From Lysobacterales bacterium (GTDB taxonomy: Bacteria > Pseudomonadota > Gammaproteobacteria > Xanthomonadales > SZUA-5): a DNA stretch of 64,000 nt. The notes beneath the pieces are model-generated. The model did no database searches, had not been told where the DNA came from, and worked only from the letters and a program-made list of their open reading frames with translations. Position 1 is the first letter of the stretch. Every line of letters starts with the position of its first letter. A program made the translations under genes and the position numbers. The stretch spans positions 32,001 through 96,000 of the forward strand of contig JALHMH010000013.1 of the NCBI GenBank assembly GCA_022844165.1, in the 5' to 3' direction. Below are positions 9,701 to 18,878 of this stretch, piece by piece.

Positions 9701-11550
9701 TTGAGCACCTCAAAGCGCGCTGCGCCCTCACCGGAGAGATCGCCTTCGAATAATGGTCTTACGCCGACCAACGCTCCGGCGGGCCAAAGGGTACGCTTCA
9801 AGATTCGCGACACCGGGCGGCCACCGGTTTCGAACAGACTTCCGATCACTGTCACAGCCACCGGCCCGGCAACCTGACCCGGTTCGATGGCGATCTCCTG
9901 CCGCAAGCTGCCGCTGTCGTCGAGAGGCGCATCGATGACGTCGACTGGCTCTTTGTCAGGTGGATTGACTGGATCGCCGAAATGGTAACCTTTCAGTTCA
10001 CCAACGGGCGCGTGATCGACCGCGTACATGACTTTGGCCGTGAAGCGGTTGCCCGACGCAGGCGCGCCATACAGGTACGCTCCCTCCACGTTCAATTCCA
10101 ATGCCTGACCGGTCGCCAGCGTTTTCTGTACGCTATCGACATTGAGCTTCATGCGCTCCGGCAAGAACTCTTCGATACGAAACAAATAGCTGTGTACGGC
10201 GCCGTGCCCGCTCGGGTCGGTCGAGAGTTCCAGCCGCCAGCGACCGGTCGCCACATCCGGCGGCATCGCGCGCTCGTAAAGGTAATAGCCGGCGTTGTTC
10301 GCCTTGAGTTGCGCACTCGCGTAGACGCGTCCGTCAGGTTGCTTGAGGAATCCAAACAGCGGCGGATTGCCTGCCGTTCGACCATCAGAATCGCGTAATA
10401 GTGCGCTAATTCGCAGTGGCTCGCCAGGCCGGTATAGATCGCGCCCGGACCAAATAAAGAGGCTCGTTTCGCCACCGGTTCTTCCGGCGATATCAAAATC
10501 GCTCAGGTCGAGCGCAGGCTGGTGAAAAGGCAGCAAACTGAGCTCATCGCCCCTGGCTGCCAACAACACGTTCGCAGTGGCGAAAGGCGCATCGAGCACA
10601 GCCAAACCATCGCTGTCAGTCGCCAGTGACTGCAGCGTGACGCCGTTGCCATCGATCAGAGTCAGGTCGACGCCGCCTAGCGCCTTTCCGCTCGCCAGCG
10701 AGCGTGCCGCCACCCAGGTTTTGTGAGCATGACGACGCACATGAACGCCAATATCGCTACGCACGAAGTAGTTGGTTTGGAAGTCGGTACTGACTTGCCC
10801 GGCAGGCTTCATCAAAACGAAGTACAGGCCCGGCGGGGTCAGTTCATCGATTTGATGAACCGGAACATGCGTGGTTCGCCTTTCGTTGGCGCCACCGCCC
10901 GTCACAAAGCGGTTGAGATACACCGAGTCTGCAATGCGCTTCAATACGTTGAGATCCCAGTATCCGCGTCGACCTCCGCTTTGGAACTCCCGCAAAAACC
11001 GTGGCACGCTTTGGGAACGGACCCGATAAAACTCAATATCGACTTCCGGTACGTTGATGGTCAGGATTGGCAACCCATCGGTACCTTGTGCTGGTAGCAC
11101 GCTGCCTTGGCTGGCAAACAGGGCGGCTGGCGGCAGATCGACACTGGACACTTCGCTGATCTGGCCGCTGGCAAGCGAATCGCCACCGGCACTGACGATG
11201 CCAGGGGCAATTTCGATCTTGAACTTCTCCTGCGCTTTGACGTTTGGGAATGTGATCAGTCGACTTTCGTCCTGCATCACCCACGAGCCATCCACCGTCT
11301 TCCCGTCGCTCCCGGTCACCTTAATGTACTGATTGAGATCCTGCGCCTGGGCCAACGGCTCAGAGAAGCGAATCGTAAGCGCCGGCCGGCCCTCGTCGGC
11401 CTCGCCGGTGATCGACAGGATCGAAAACTCGCTCGCTGCCGATGCATCCGTCGTAACCGCGATTTCCTGAGCCGGTACCGCAGGCGTATCTTGGCGACAC
11501 GCCACCAGAGCGAACAGCAAGAGCGTTACAACCGCAAACCGTCTGGCCAT
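6706..11550 (-). CDS. yfhM: bacterial alpha-2-macroglobulin lipoprotein (YfhM-like)
   Basis: Lipobox LVAC; RDLYRPGE MG domain; EEFLPERM; FGGD bait region; intact thioester YPYGCIEQ; C-terminal REDRYVAA and EDMYRP. Confidence 0.93.
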   Translation of the reverse strand: MARRFAVVTLLLFALVACRQDTPAVPAQEIAVTTDASAASEFSILSITGEADEGRPALTIRFSEPLAQAQDLNQYIKVTGSDGKTVDGSWVMQDESRLITFPNVKAQEKFKIEIAPGIVSAGGDSLASGQISEVSSVDLPPAALFASQGSVLPAQGTDGLPILTINVPEVDIEFYRVRSQSVPRFLREFQSGGRRGYWDLNVLKRIADSVYLNRFVTGGGANERRTTHVPVHQIDELTPPGLYFVLMKPAGQVSTDFQTNYFVRSDIGVHVRRHAHKTWVAARSLASGKALGGVDLTLIDGNGVTLQSLATDSDGLAVLDAPFATANVLLAARGDELSLLPFHQPALDLSDFDIAGRTGGETSLFIWSGRDLYRPGEPLRISALLRDSDGRTAGNPPLFGFLKQPDGRVYASAQLKANNAGYYLYERAMPPDVATGRWRLELSTDPSGHGAVHSYLFRIEEFLPERMKLNVDSVQKTLATGQALELNVEGAYLYGAPASGNRFTAKVMYAVDHAPVGELKGYHFGDPVNPPDKEPVDVIDAPLDDSGSLRQEIAIEPGQVAGPVAVTVIGSLFETGGRPVSRILKRTLWPAGALVGVRPLFEGDLSGEGAARFEVLKVKADGTRVAARGLVARLIREDRDYTWNYDENLGWKVDFTQSFVEVESQTLEIPGDNPGSLVFNASWGPHRIEITDPETGLTTRFAFNVGWSFDDDNRGVDARPEKVKVALDKTTYKVGDTLTATITPPHSGPGLLLVETDRVLRSIEFDARPGVAVDVTLDSDWQRHDLYVTALVFRPGTSKDKITPSRAVGIAHVPWDRSDRNVELALNAPAAIRPNQPLKVSVNAPGLADQVAQVTVSAVDQGILNITQFEVPDPIKEFFGKRRYAIDAYDVYGRIIEALAGERARLKFGGDLAVPGLPQARRPTAKVLTVDLFSGAVSLDAAGHAEVTLNVPDFNGALRVSAVAFSADRFGSASVETLVRAPLLAEVSTPRVMAPDDTARLTLDLHNLSGKPLDLTLGFAASGPIAIDDAARRLRMAVDQRTTLSFALRALSDVGIGKFALSARGGDVELNRQFEIAVRSTHAPERVARLEQLTGATEVDLSQSVDGLAPSSLRSRVSASTRAPLAVNQLIADLAEYPYGCIEQTTSKGYPYVLVGEASAGKLGVAFDTEKREANVAYAIDRISSMQLDNGHFGFWPGSDYSDPQITPYVVEFLQDAQSAGYAVPARLLQRSLERLREDLLAGGTQSWERGWGEVGEHIKLAFNAHAGYVLARVNQAPLGTLRNVFDSSTDGARGPLPLMRLAAALKLAGDLPRAQQAAQKALNDRYARGPEYYGDYFSAVGDRAAALAVAIEHDLLPQSETGRVIEVSREARGSLFLNTHDKLALIKLAKALAANPAPLAGELVVGSQREGFKVDGWFTRDLVIEDLRAGASLNVSSTGTFFLAQDTVGIPLAAPAPVSNGVRITTRWFRHGGAAFVGDSLTEGEGLVVHLRIDAEEQLSDLLVTDALAGGLEIENLNLMDSKQLAELTIDGTNLDEWRSYGSNLRYQEYREDRYVAALSLSAGSSTDLYYLVRAVSPGTYSVPASVAEDMYRPQNRAIGTPVVRRIVVVEPQ

Positions 11551-11641
11551 GCGAAACTCCGGATCAATGTTTGCCGGCATTCTATGCCTGCCGCTGCAAA
11601 CCATGTTCGATTTGGCCCGCGTGCCCGCACCCGGTCGTTAG

Positions 11642-11793
11642 CAGGCTGTTGAGAAACAGCCTGCGGGCGCGAACCATGGATCGTTCGCACATGGGTCGAG
11701 CACGTAAGTGCGTGATCCGTGGAGAGCGAGTCCGGACATGTGCCGGACTCGCGACTTGAGAAACGCACAGGAAGAGCGTTTCTCAACAACGTG
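11642..11793 (+). mobile_element. MITE family B, copy 1 (IS5-like ends)
   Basis: TIRs CAGGCTGTTGAGAAA / TTTCTCAACAACGTG (13 of 15 match); perfect TTAG direct repeat at 11638-11641 and 11794-11797; three internal hairpins. Confidence 0.75.
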
Positions 11794-11894
11794 TTAGTCA
11801 TCTCCAATTGGTCATCACTACACAAATACTTGCGATGTCCGTGATTTAAGCGTGGAATTCGCAACATAAGCCGAGTCACAGGGGAAATTTTGGC

Positions 11895-14800
11895 ATGTCA
11901 CCACATTGGCTTCGACAAGCGCTGGCTTCGCTCACGCTGCTTTTAGTCACTGCTCAGGCGCTGGCGCAAGCCGATCTGGCGGTGACGGTGAGCGACAATC
12001 CAGATCCCGTGGCGGTCAACGCCAATGTCGATTACACCGTCAATGTAAGCAATGCTGCGGCTTCGCCGTCAGCCGACGGCGTGAACGCCAACATTTTCTA
12101 CGCATCGGCGTTAACGCCAGTACCGCAACCGACGCCGGGTTGGACGTGTACCGGCGTAAACCCGATCAACTGCGCATTGAGTGGCGGATCGCTGGCCGGC
12201 GGCAGCAGTGCGACGCCGTTAGTGCTGCGTTTTCAAGCGCCGGCGGCGCCGCAAACGGTACAGATTTCCGTCACCTCGTTGTTCACAGGATCGGATATCA
12301 ATCCAGCCAACAATACCAACATCACGCAATCGACCCAGGTCATCGTCGCCCAGGCCAATCTGAATGCCGCGATTGTTGCCAGCACCCCGACCGCGAACGT
12401 TGGCACGCCGCTTAGCTTCACGACACAAATCAGTAACTTAGGCCCTGGAAATGCGCCGAATACGGTGGTCAATGGCATATTGAGCGGGCCAATCCAATTC
12501 AGCGGATTTTCCACATCGCCAGCCTGGAATTGCACATTCAATGCCAATGGTGGTGTCGTGCAGTGCACTTACATCGCTGGCAGTCCCACGGGCACGCTGG
12601 CCAATGGCGTCACCGCGTCGAACATTGTCATCAATGGCGTTGCAGGCCCGGGAACGGGCAACGCCCAACTGACCATGACACCCTCCTCAAGCGCGCCAGA
12701 CCCGAGCCCGGGCGGTGCAACCGCCTCGATTGCAGTCAGCAATCCGCCGCCACCGGCGGTCGATCTTTCGCTGATCCAATCCGTCGTCGGCATACAGCCC
12801 ATCGGTAGAGGCCAGCCCTTCACGTTCCGCTTGCAGGTGTCCAACAGTACTGCCAGCAACCAGCAGGCGAGCGGCGTCTCGATCAATGATCCGCTGCCCG
12901 CCGGTATCAGCTTGCAGTCGTTCAGCGGCAGCAACTGGTCATGCACCGGCAGTGTCGTTTGCAGCTTCGGCGGCACCCTGGCGATTGGTCAGGCGGCACC
13001 CCCGCTGGATTTAGTCGTGGTGTACAACCTGCCCGTGCCAACCAATGGATCGAGCGTCACCAATGTTGCGACCGTGACCGGCGCAGAAGCGGACCCGAAC
13101 GTCAACAATAACACCGCCAGTGCGATCGCCAATCTGCGCGGCACTGCGGACGTCAGTGTTGCGCTCACCGGACCGGCAAGTGTGATTGCCGGAAGCCCGT
13201 TCACGACCACACTCACAGCAAGCAACAGCGGCCCCGATGATGCGGCGAATGTCTCAACCAGCGTAACCTTCAGCCCAGTGTTCACAGTCGACACTGTTTC
13301 TGGCGGCGCAGGGTGGTCATGCATTGCGGCTGGCCAGAACGTCAGCTGCACCAGATCGACTTTTGCGGTTGGCAGCAGCGTTGCCGCAACGATCGGGCTT
13401 CTGGCGTCGAGCGCCGGCACCGGCAATAGCACCGCGACAATCGACACGAGCAGTTTCGACCCGAACACAGCCAACAATGCGTCCGCGCTGTCGACCGTCG
13501 TGGCGGCGCAGAACAGTTCATTGGCACTATCGATGACGGATAGCGCCGATCCCGTCGCGACCGGCGACGAGTTCGACTATGTGATCACGGTGACCAACAC
13601 TGGCAACATCCCGCAGAACAATTTTACGCTGGTCGATACGCTGCCCACACAAGTCAGCTTCAGGAGTTTCACGGGGACAGGCTGGACGTGTACCGGCACG
13701 GCTATCGTCAACTGCAGCCTGCCGGCTACGCTGGCCCCAAATGCGAGCAGCAATCTTCGTTTGCGGGTTCGCGCCGAATCTGCCGGCACCGCGTCCAATC
13801 AGGCGCAGGTCAGCTCGGCCCAATCGGCGACATCAACGTCCGCCAGCGAGTCGACGCTGATCACCGCCAATCTGGCGCTGCAATTCACGAACATCGCAAC
13901 ACCCAGCAGCGTCCCGGTGGGCGGCGATATCAGTTTTGCGCTGACTGTCCGCAACGCCTCGCCAACCGCCGATGCCAACGGCCTCGTATTGATCAACACT
14001 CTGCCACCCGGCGTTCAGTTCCGGAACGTTGACGCGCCCGATTGGGTGTGCGCTTCGCAAGGCCAATTGGTGGACTGCCGCCGCAACACGCTCGCACGCA
14101 ATGCAGAGTCGTTGTTGACGATCGTGGCTACGGTAACAAGCCCAGGCTCTCTGGTTAACCGAGCCCAATTGAACGCCAACAATCTTCCGACGGCCCTGGT
14201 TGCGAATGCGCCGTTCACGGTGGTACCGGCTCCATCAGGCGTCGACCTGGTCCTTGAGCTAAGCGACACGCCAGATCCGGTCACGGTGGGCGAAGTCTTC
14301 GAATTGACTTCGCGTATCGTCAACTTTGGCCCGCAATCTGCGACGGGCCTGACCTTGACCATTCCACTGGCCGCAGGCGTCGAGGGCGTCGGATTCAGCG
14401 GTGCCGGCTGGTCCTGCACTTTTGGAACGCAAGCGGTATGCACGCTGTCATCGTTGGCCGTTGACGGGCAAGCGTCGGTATCGGTCCGGGTTCGGAGCGC
14501 ACAGGCTGGCACCGTGACACATAGCGCGTCGGTCACGTCCCAGCAAATCGAAGCAACCCCCAGTAACAACACGGATACAGAAACAACGACCGTCCAGAAC
14601 ATCGTTGTGCCTCCGCAATCAGCCGACCTGCAATTGAGCGCCAGTGCACCAGCGAGTGCTGCAGCTGGCACTACGGTTGAGATATCGGCGAGCTTGAGGA
14701 ACCGCGGCCCAGGCGCTGCCTCGATGGTTGTACTTCGCACCACACCAGGCGGCCCGTTGACCCTCTCGGCCGGCTCCGGCACAGGTTTCACCTGCGGTGC

Positions 14801-16631
14801 AGAAGGCTCTGCCCTGGTTTGCCGCGGTGCCGGGCTGCCCGCGAACCAAACTGCGGAATTGCGCCTGACGGGCCAGATCAATGCCAACGGCACAGGCTCG
14901 GCGACAGCGACGCTCGCTTTGTCTTCCGCAACGCCTGACCCGGTTCCAGCCGACAATTCGGCCAGTGTCTCGATCACCGTAACGCCACCGCAGCCGCAAA
15001 CGGCTGACTTGTCGATCGTCAAGACCGATAGCGTTGATCCCGTTTTGTTTGCTGCACCCTTCAGCTATACATTGACCGTGCGCAATCTCGGGCCTACAGC
15101 GGCAGCCGGTGTTGTGATTCGCGACACACTGCCCTCTGGCGTGATTTTGGTTTCGGCCACTGGTCCTGGGCTCACCTGCACTGGCACCACAGCGATCGAA
15201 TGTCGCGCGAACGCGCCGTTACCGGCCAGTCAGATACTGACCGCTACCTTGCAGGTGACCGCGCCGACAACAGCTGGAACCGTGACCAACGAAGCGACCG
15301 TCAGCGCGACTACCGCCGATCCGCAGCCGAGCAACAATCGCGCAACGCAGGAAACCACGGTACGCGCCCCGGCCGACGACGATGCAGAAGAGGAAATCGA
15401 AGAAAACGTCAATCCGCTCGACCCGATTGCCAACGAAGCCGCGCGTCCCGTCGTGCAATTGTGCTCCGGAGCCAGCGGACAAGTTGCTGCATTCTGCAAT
15501 GCGCTATTGGGGCAAGCAGCAACCGGCAACGATGTCACCGATGCGGTGCGCGCTGTGTACCCTGAGGAAGTGCTCTCGCAATTCACATCGCTCAACCAAT
15601 TGTCGACCACGCAGTTCTTCAATGTCGATGCGCGAATGGCCGAGTTGCGGGGCGGCGGCGGTGGCTTCAGCCTTTCCGGGCTGACTGTCATCAATGGCAG
15701 CCAGGCAATTCCACTGAGCCTGTTCAGCGGATTGATCGATGATGAGCCTGAAATCGGCGGCGCCGGCGACTTGATCAGCCCGTGGGGGTTCTTTGCCAAC
15801 GGTACGGTCAGCAGGGGCGATCAGTCGATCCGGCCTGGCGAACGTGAGGTGGTGCAGGATTTCGATTCCGTCGGTGTAACCGCTGGCGTCGACTATCGAT
15901 ACAGCGCCCGTTTTGTGCTTGGCGCTGCGATCGGGTACAACCAATTCAGTTCGGGGCTGACCGATTCGGGCGCTCTGGACACCGATGGATTTACTCTGAC
16001 CGGGTATGGCTCGTATTACGTCAGCGACAAAGTCTATGTCGACTCGCGCGTCAGCTACGGCCGCGTGTCGTTAGACCAGACGCGGCGCATTCGCGCAACG
16101 TTGGGTAACTTCTCGGTCGACGACACCGCGAGCGGGCAGACCGATGCGACGCAACTCAGTTTCGCCACCAGTATCGGCTACCACATCAACCGGGCTGGAT
16201 GGACAATCACGCCGAATGCGTTCTTGCGGTATGTGCAAAGCGATGTCGATGCCTTTTCCGAACAGGGCAGCGCGTTTGCGGCACGCTTCAGCAGCCAGGA
16301 TGTGGACTCGCTTGTCTACGGCGTCGGCTTGCAGGTGAATCGCGCATTTAGCTTGGACAACGGGGTGTTGTTGCCCAGCTTCGATTTGACCTGGAATCAA
16401 GAAGCCAAAGCCGACGACACCGAGATCGGCGCCGCCTTCATCAACGGCGATGCGGGCGAAGCGTTTGTCCTCAGACCGGATACACCCGACCGTAGCTACG
16501 GTTCGGTTGGATTTGGGTTGGTTTACATCCTCGCGAACGGACGACAAGCTTACCTGCAATTCCGAGAGTCCATCGGCCAGGAAGGTCTGGACCGATCAAC
16601 GCTGAACTTTGGGGCACGCTTTGAGTTCTAA
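11895..16631 (+). CDS. autotransporter adhesin with nine DUF11 (OmcB-like Ig) passenger domains
   Basis: Signal peptide (ALA-QA); nine repeats of the ADL.....D..DPV...WxC..xC...DP...NN type; acidic linker; C-terminal beta-barrel (WGFFANG, AGVDYR) ending GARFEF. Confidence 0.88.
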   Translation: MSPHWLRQALASLTLLLVTAQALAQADLAVTVSDNPDPVAVNANVDYTVNVSNAAASPSADGVNANIFYASALTPVPQPTPGWTCTGVNPINCALSGGSLAGGSSATPLVLRFQAPAAPQTVQISVTSLFTGSDINPANNTNITQSTQVIVAQANLNAAIVASTPTANVGTPLSFTTQISNLGPGNAPNTVVNGILSGPIQFSGFSTSPAWNCTFNANGGVVQCTYIAGSPTGTLANGVTASNIVINGVAGPGTGNAQLTMTPSSSAPDPSPGGATASIAVSNPPPPAVDLSLIQSVVGIQPIGRGQPFTFRLQVSNSTASNQQASGVSINDPLPAGISLQSFSGSNWSCTGSVVCSFGGTLAIGQAAPPLDLVVVYNLPVPTNGSSVTNVATVTGAEADPNVNNNTASAIANLRGTADVSVALTGPASVIAGSPFTTTLTASNSGPDDAANVSTSVTFSPVFTVDTVSGGAGWSCIAAGQNVSCTRSTFAVGSSVAATIGLLASSAGTGNSTATIDTSSFDPNTANNASALSTVVAAQNSSLALSMTDSADPVATGDEFDYVITVTNTGNIPQNNFTLVDTLPTQVSFRSFTGTGWTCTGTAIVNCSLPATLAPNASSNLRLRVRAESAGTASNQAQVSSAQSATSTSASESTLITANLALQFTNIATPSSVPVGGDISFALTVRNASPTADANGLVLINTLPPGVQFRNVDAPDWVCASQGQLVDCRRNTLARNAESLLTIVATVTSPGSLVNRAQLNANNLPTALVANAPFTVVPAPSGVDLVLELSDTPDPVTVGEVFELTSRIVNFGPQSATGLTLTIPLAAGVEGVGFSGAGWSCTFGTQAVCTLSSLAVDGQASVSVRVRSAQAGTVTHSASVTSQQIEATPSNNTDTETTTVQNIVVPPQSADLQLSASAPASAAAGTTVEISASLRNRGPGAASMVVLRTTPGGPLTLSAGSGTGFTCGAEGSALVCRGAGLPANQTAELRLTGQINANGTGSATATLALSSATPDPVPADNSASVSITVTPPQPQTADLSIVKTDSVDPVLFAAPFSYTLTVRNLGPTAAAGVVIRDTLPSGVILVSATGPGLTCTGTTAIECRANAPLPASQILTATLQVTAPTTAGTVTNEATVSATTADPQPSNNRATQETTVRAPADDDAEEEIEENVNPLDPIANEAARPVVQLCSGASGQVAAFCNALLGQAATGNDVTDAVRAVYPEEVLSQFTSLNQLSTTQFFNVDARMAELRGGGGGFSLSGLTVINGSQAIPLSLFSGLIDDEPEIGGAGDLISPWGFFANGTVSRGDQSIRPGEREVVQDFDSVGVTAGVDYRYSARFVLGAAIGYNQFSSGLTDSGALDTDGFTLTGYGSYYVSDKVYVDSRVSYGRVSLDQTRRIRATLGNFSVDDTASGQTDATQLSFATSIGYHINRAGWTITPNAFLRYVQSDVDAFSEQGSAFAARFSSQDVDSLVYGVGLQVNRAFSLDNGVLLPSFDLTWNQEAKADDTEIGAAFINGDAGEAFVLRPDTPDRSYGSVGFGLVYILANGRQAYLQFRESIGQEGLDRSTLNFGARFEF

Positions 16632-16768
16632 CACGTTGCTCAGAAGCGCACTTCTTGTGCGTTTCTCATGTCGCGAGTCCGGCACATGTGCGGACTCGCT
16701 CTCAATGGATCAAGCACTTACGTGTTCGACCCATGGTTCGCGCCCGAAGGCTGTTTCTCAACAGCCTG
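16632..16768 (-). mobile_element. MITE family B, copy 2 (inverted relative to copy 1)
   Basis: The reverse complement aligns with 11642-11793 apart from a short indel. The left flank CTAA (16628-16631) contains the autotransporter TAA stop. Confidence 0.75.
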
Positions 16769-16889
16769 CCATAGCGCGAACGCACTTTCCTTCGCGCTTA
16801 CAAGTTGCCGTGGGATTGGTTTTGTCTAATGTGTCCTGCTCAATCGCGATATCACGTTGTCACGCAATAACCATAGTGGAGCCTGGGCC

Positions 16890-18878
16890 ATGTCCAAACT
16901 AACGTCGCACATCCGAACCACCGTGTTTGCGGCGATCGGCGTCGTTGCACTGGGGGCAGCGCCGCTGTACGCCAAACGCGTGGATCTGCCGCAAGGGGCT
17001 GTCACTGTCGATGAGCTGTACATCGTCGACTGTCTGTTGCCGGGGCAGGTGCGGCAACTCGGCGGCAACTTCACGTATTTGTCTGCGCGTCGTCCGCTCC
17101 GAACAACGGCGAAGGATTGCGCGATCCGTGGTGGCGAATATGTCGCCTTCGACCGTGCCAACTATGCGACCGCGCTCAAAGTTTGGCTGCCCGCCGCCAA
17201 GGAGGGCGACGTCGATGCCATGAACTACGTGGGCGAAATCTACGAACAGGGCCTGGGCGTCGAGCCCGATTATGCGATGGCAGCTCAGTGGTATCGGCGC
17301 GCAGCAGAAAAAGGCAGCTCTACCGCGATGATCAATCTTGGGAGTTTGTACGAAGGTGGAAAGGGCGTCGCCCAAGACATGACGCTTGCGATGAACTGGT
17401 ACCGTAAGGCCTCCGGTCTGGAAGGCGCCACCCTGGAAGTCGTCACGGACGAGCAACGCTCGCAGCGCGAGGCAGACGCCGTCGAACTGGATCGTCTGCG
17501 CAGCGAAGTCGACAACTTGCGTCAACAACTTGGCAAAGCCAGGGCGTCGCTGTCGGCACGCGAGCAAGAACTGAATCACTCGAAGTCCGCGCTTGATCAG
17601 GCGCGGGCGTCCCTGGCCGCTGCCGCGGCAGATCGCCAGAGGGCCAGCAAGGCGCAGGCGCAGATTGCAGAACTCGAACGCAAAATTGCCGATCAACAGC
17701 GCGATGTTGAGAGCTCCCGAAGCGAAACCGAAGACTTGCTCGCAAAAATGGGCGTAGCGGCAAGCGACCGAGGCCCGGCGCCCCCGGGTACATCGCCGAA
17801 GATTCAGGTTCTTGCACCGAAACTTGTCGCCACCAGAAGCGGCGTTCTTGCCGCGCCACTATTGGCGGCGGTACCAACGTACCAAATCGTCGGCCGCGTC
17901 TACCCGGCCGAATCGATCAAAGCCCTGAAAATCAATGATCGCGACATGCGTGCAAGTATCGATGCCGACGGCTTGTTTCAGGTCGATATCGATATCGTCG
18001 GCAATGATGTTCCGGTTGAGATTCAGGCGATCACCAACGACGGATTGAGTGCGGTACAGAGCTTCTTGATCACACGGGAACGTGGCCCTTCGTCCGTCGC
18101 GCAGAAGCGCATCACGAGCAAGCTGTTTCAGCGTCGGATGCGCAACGATCTTGGCAACTACTACGCGCTTGTCGTAGGCAATGATCAATACGGCGCTTTT
18201 CCTGCGCTCAGTACGGCCGTGGCCGATGCGAACGCTGTTTCTGCTCAGCTGCGGGATCGCTACGGGTACAAGGTCTCCACGCTGACCAATGCTGGGCGCG
18301 AGGTCATCATCGCCAAGCTGGCCGAGTTAACAATGGCGATGACCAAGAATGACAACCTGCTGATTTATTTTGCCGGCCACGGCCAGATTGATGGCAGTCA
18401 GCGTGGCTATTGGATTCCCGTGGATGGTCGCAGCGACGACCCGTCCAGCTGGATCGGCAACGATCAGATCAGCGATTACATTGGCGCTTCAGCGGCCAAA
18501 CACGTCTTGGTCGTGGCCGATTCCTGCTATTCGGGAACTTTGAGCGGAAATTCGATCCGCCCAATCCCGATTGATGCAAAAGAAGAAGACCTGTTGTTCA
18601 TTTCGCGCGTCAAGGCACGCACCGTCATTACTTCAGGCGGGCTGCAGCCCGTACTGGACGACGGCGGTAGCGGACACTCGATTTTCGCCCATGCATTTCT
18701 GACAGCGCTTAAGCAGACCGAAGGATTATCCGAAGGTTATCGCCTCTTCGAGAACCTGAGCGAATTGGTCGGTCAGCGCTCTGCAGTCGCGAGGTTGCCA
18801 CAGCGTCCGCAGTACTCAGCTCTGCGTCACGCCGGTCACGAGGGTAGCGAGTTCTTTTTCCTGCCGAAGGACGCCTGA
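16890..18878 (+). CDS. exported Sel1-repeat / coiled-coil / peptidase C14 (caspase-like) protein
   Basis: GGAG before ATG 16890; signal peptide (PLYA-K); Sel1 repeats (GEIYEQGLGVEPD, GSLYEGGKGVAQD); heptad-rich coil; C14 motifs ALVVGN, YFAGHG and ADSCYSG. Confidence 0.85.
   Translation: MSKLTSHIRTTVFAAIGVVALGAAPLYAKRVDLPQGAVTVDELYIVDCLLPGQVRQLGGNFTYLSARRPLRTTAKDCAIRGGEYVAFDRANYATALKVWLPAAKEGDVDAMNYVGEIYEQGLGVEPDYAMAAQWYRRAAEKGSSTAMINLGSLYEGGKGVAQDMTLAMNWYRKASGLEGATLEVVTDEQRSQREADAVELDRLRSEVDNLRQQLGKARASLSAREQELNHSKSALDQARASLAAAAADRQRASKAQAQIAELERKIADQQRDVESSRSETEDLLAKMGVAASDRGPAPPGTSPKIQVLAPKLVATRSGVLAAPLLAAVPTYQIVGRVYPAESIKALKINDRDMRASIDADGLFQVDIDIVGNDVPVEIQAITNDGLSAVQSFLITRERGPSSVAQKRITSKLFQRRMRNDLGNYYALVVGNDQYGAFPALSTAVADANAVSAQLRDRYGYKVSTLTNAGREVIIAKLAELTMAMTKNDNLLIYFAGHGQIDGSQRGYWIPVDGRSDDPSSWIGNDQISDYIGASAAKHVLVVADSCYSGTLSGNSIRPIPIDAKEEDLLFISRVKARTVITSGGLQPVLDDGGSGHSIFAHAFLTALKQTEGLSEGYRLFENLSELVGQRSAVARLPQRPQYSALRHAGHEGSEFFFLPKDA

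Noticed and set aside
14015-15022. Long antisense ORFs inside large genes (also 23590-24456, 37398-38477, 49379-50347)
   Set aside because: Shadow ORFs expected from high-GC codon bias opposite well-supported genes.
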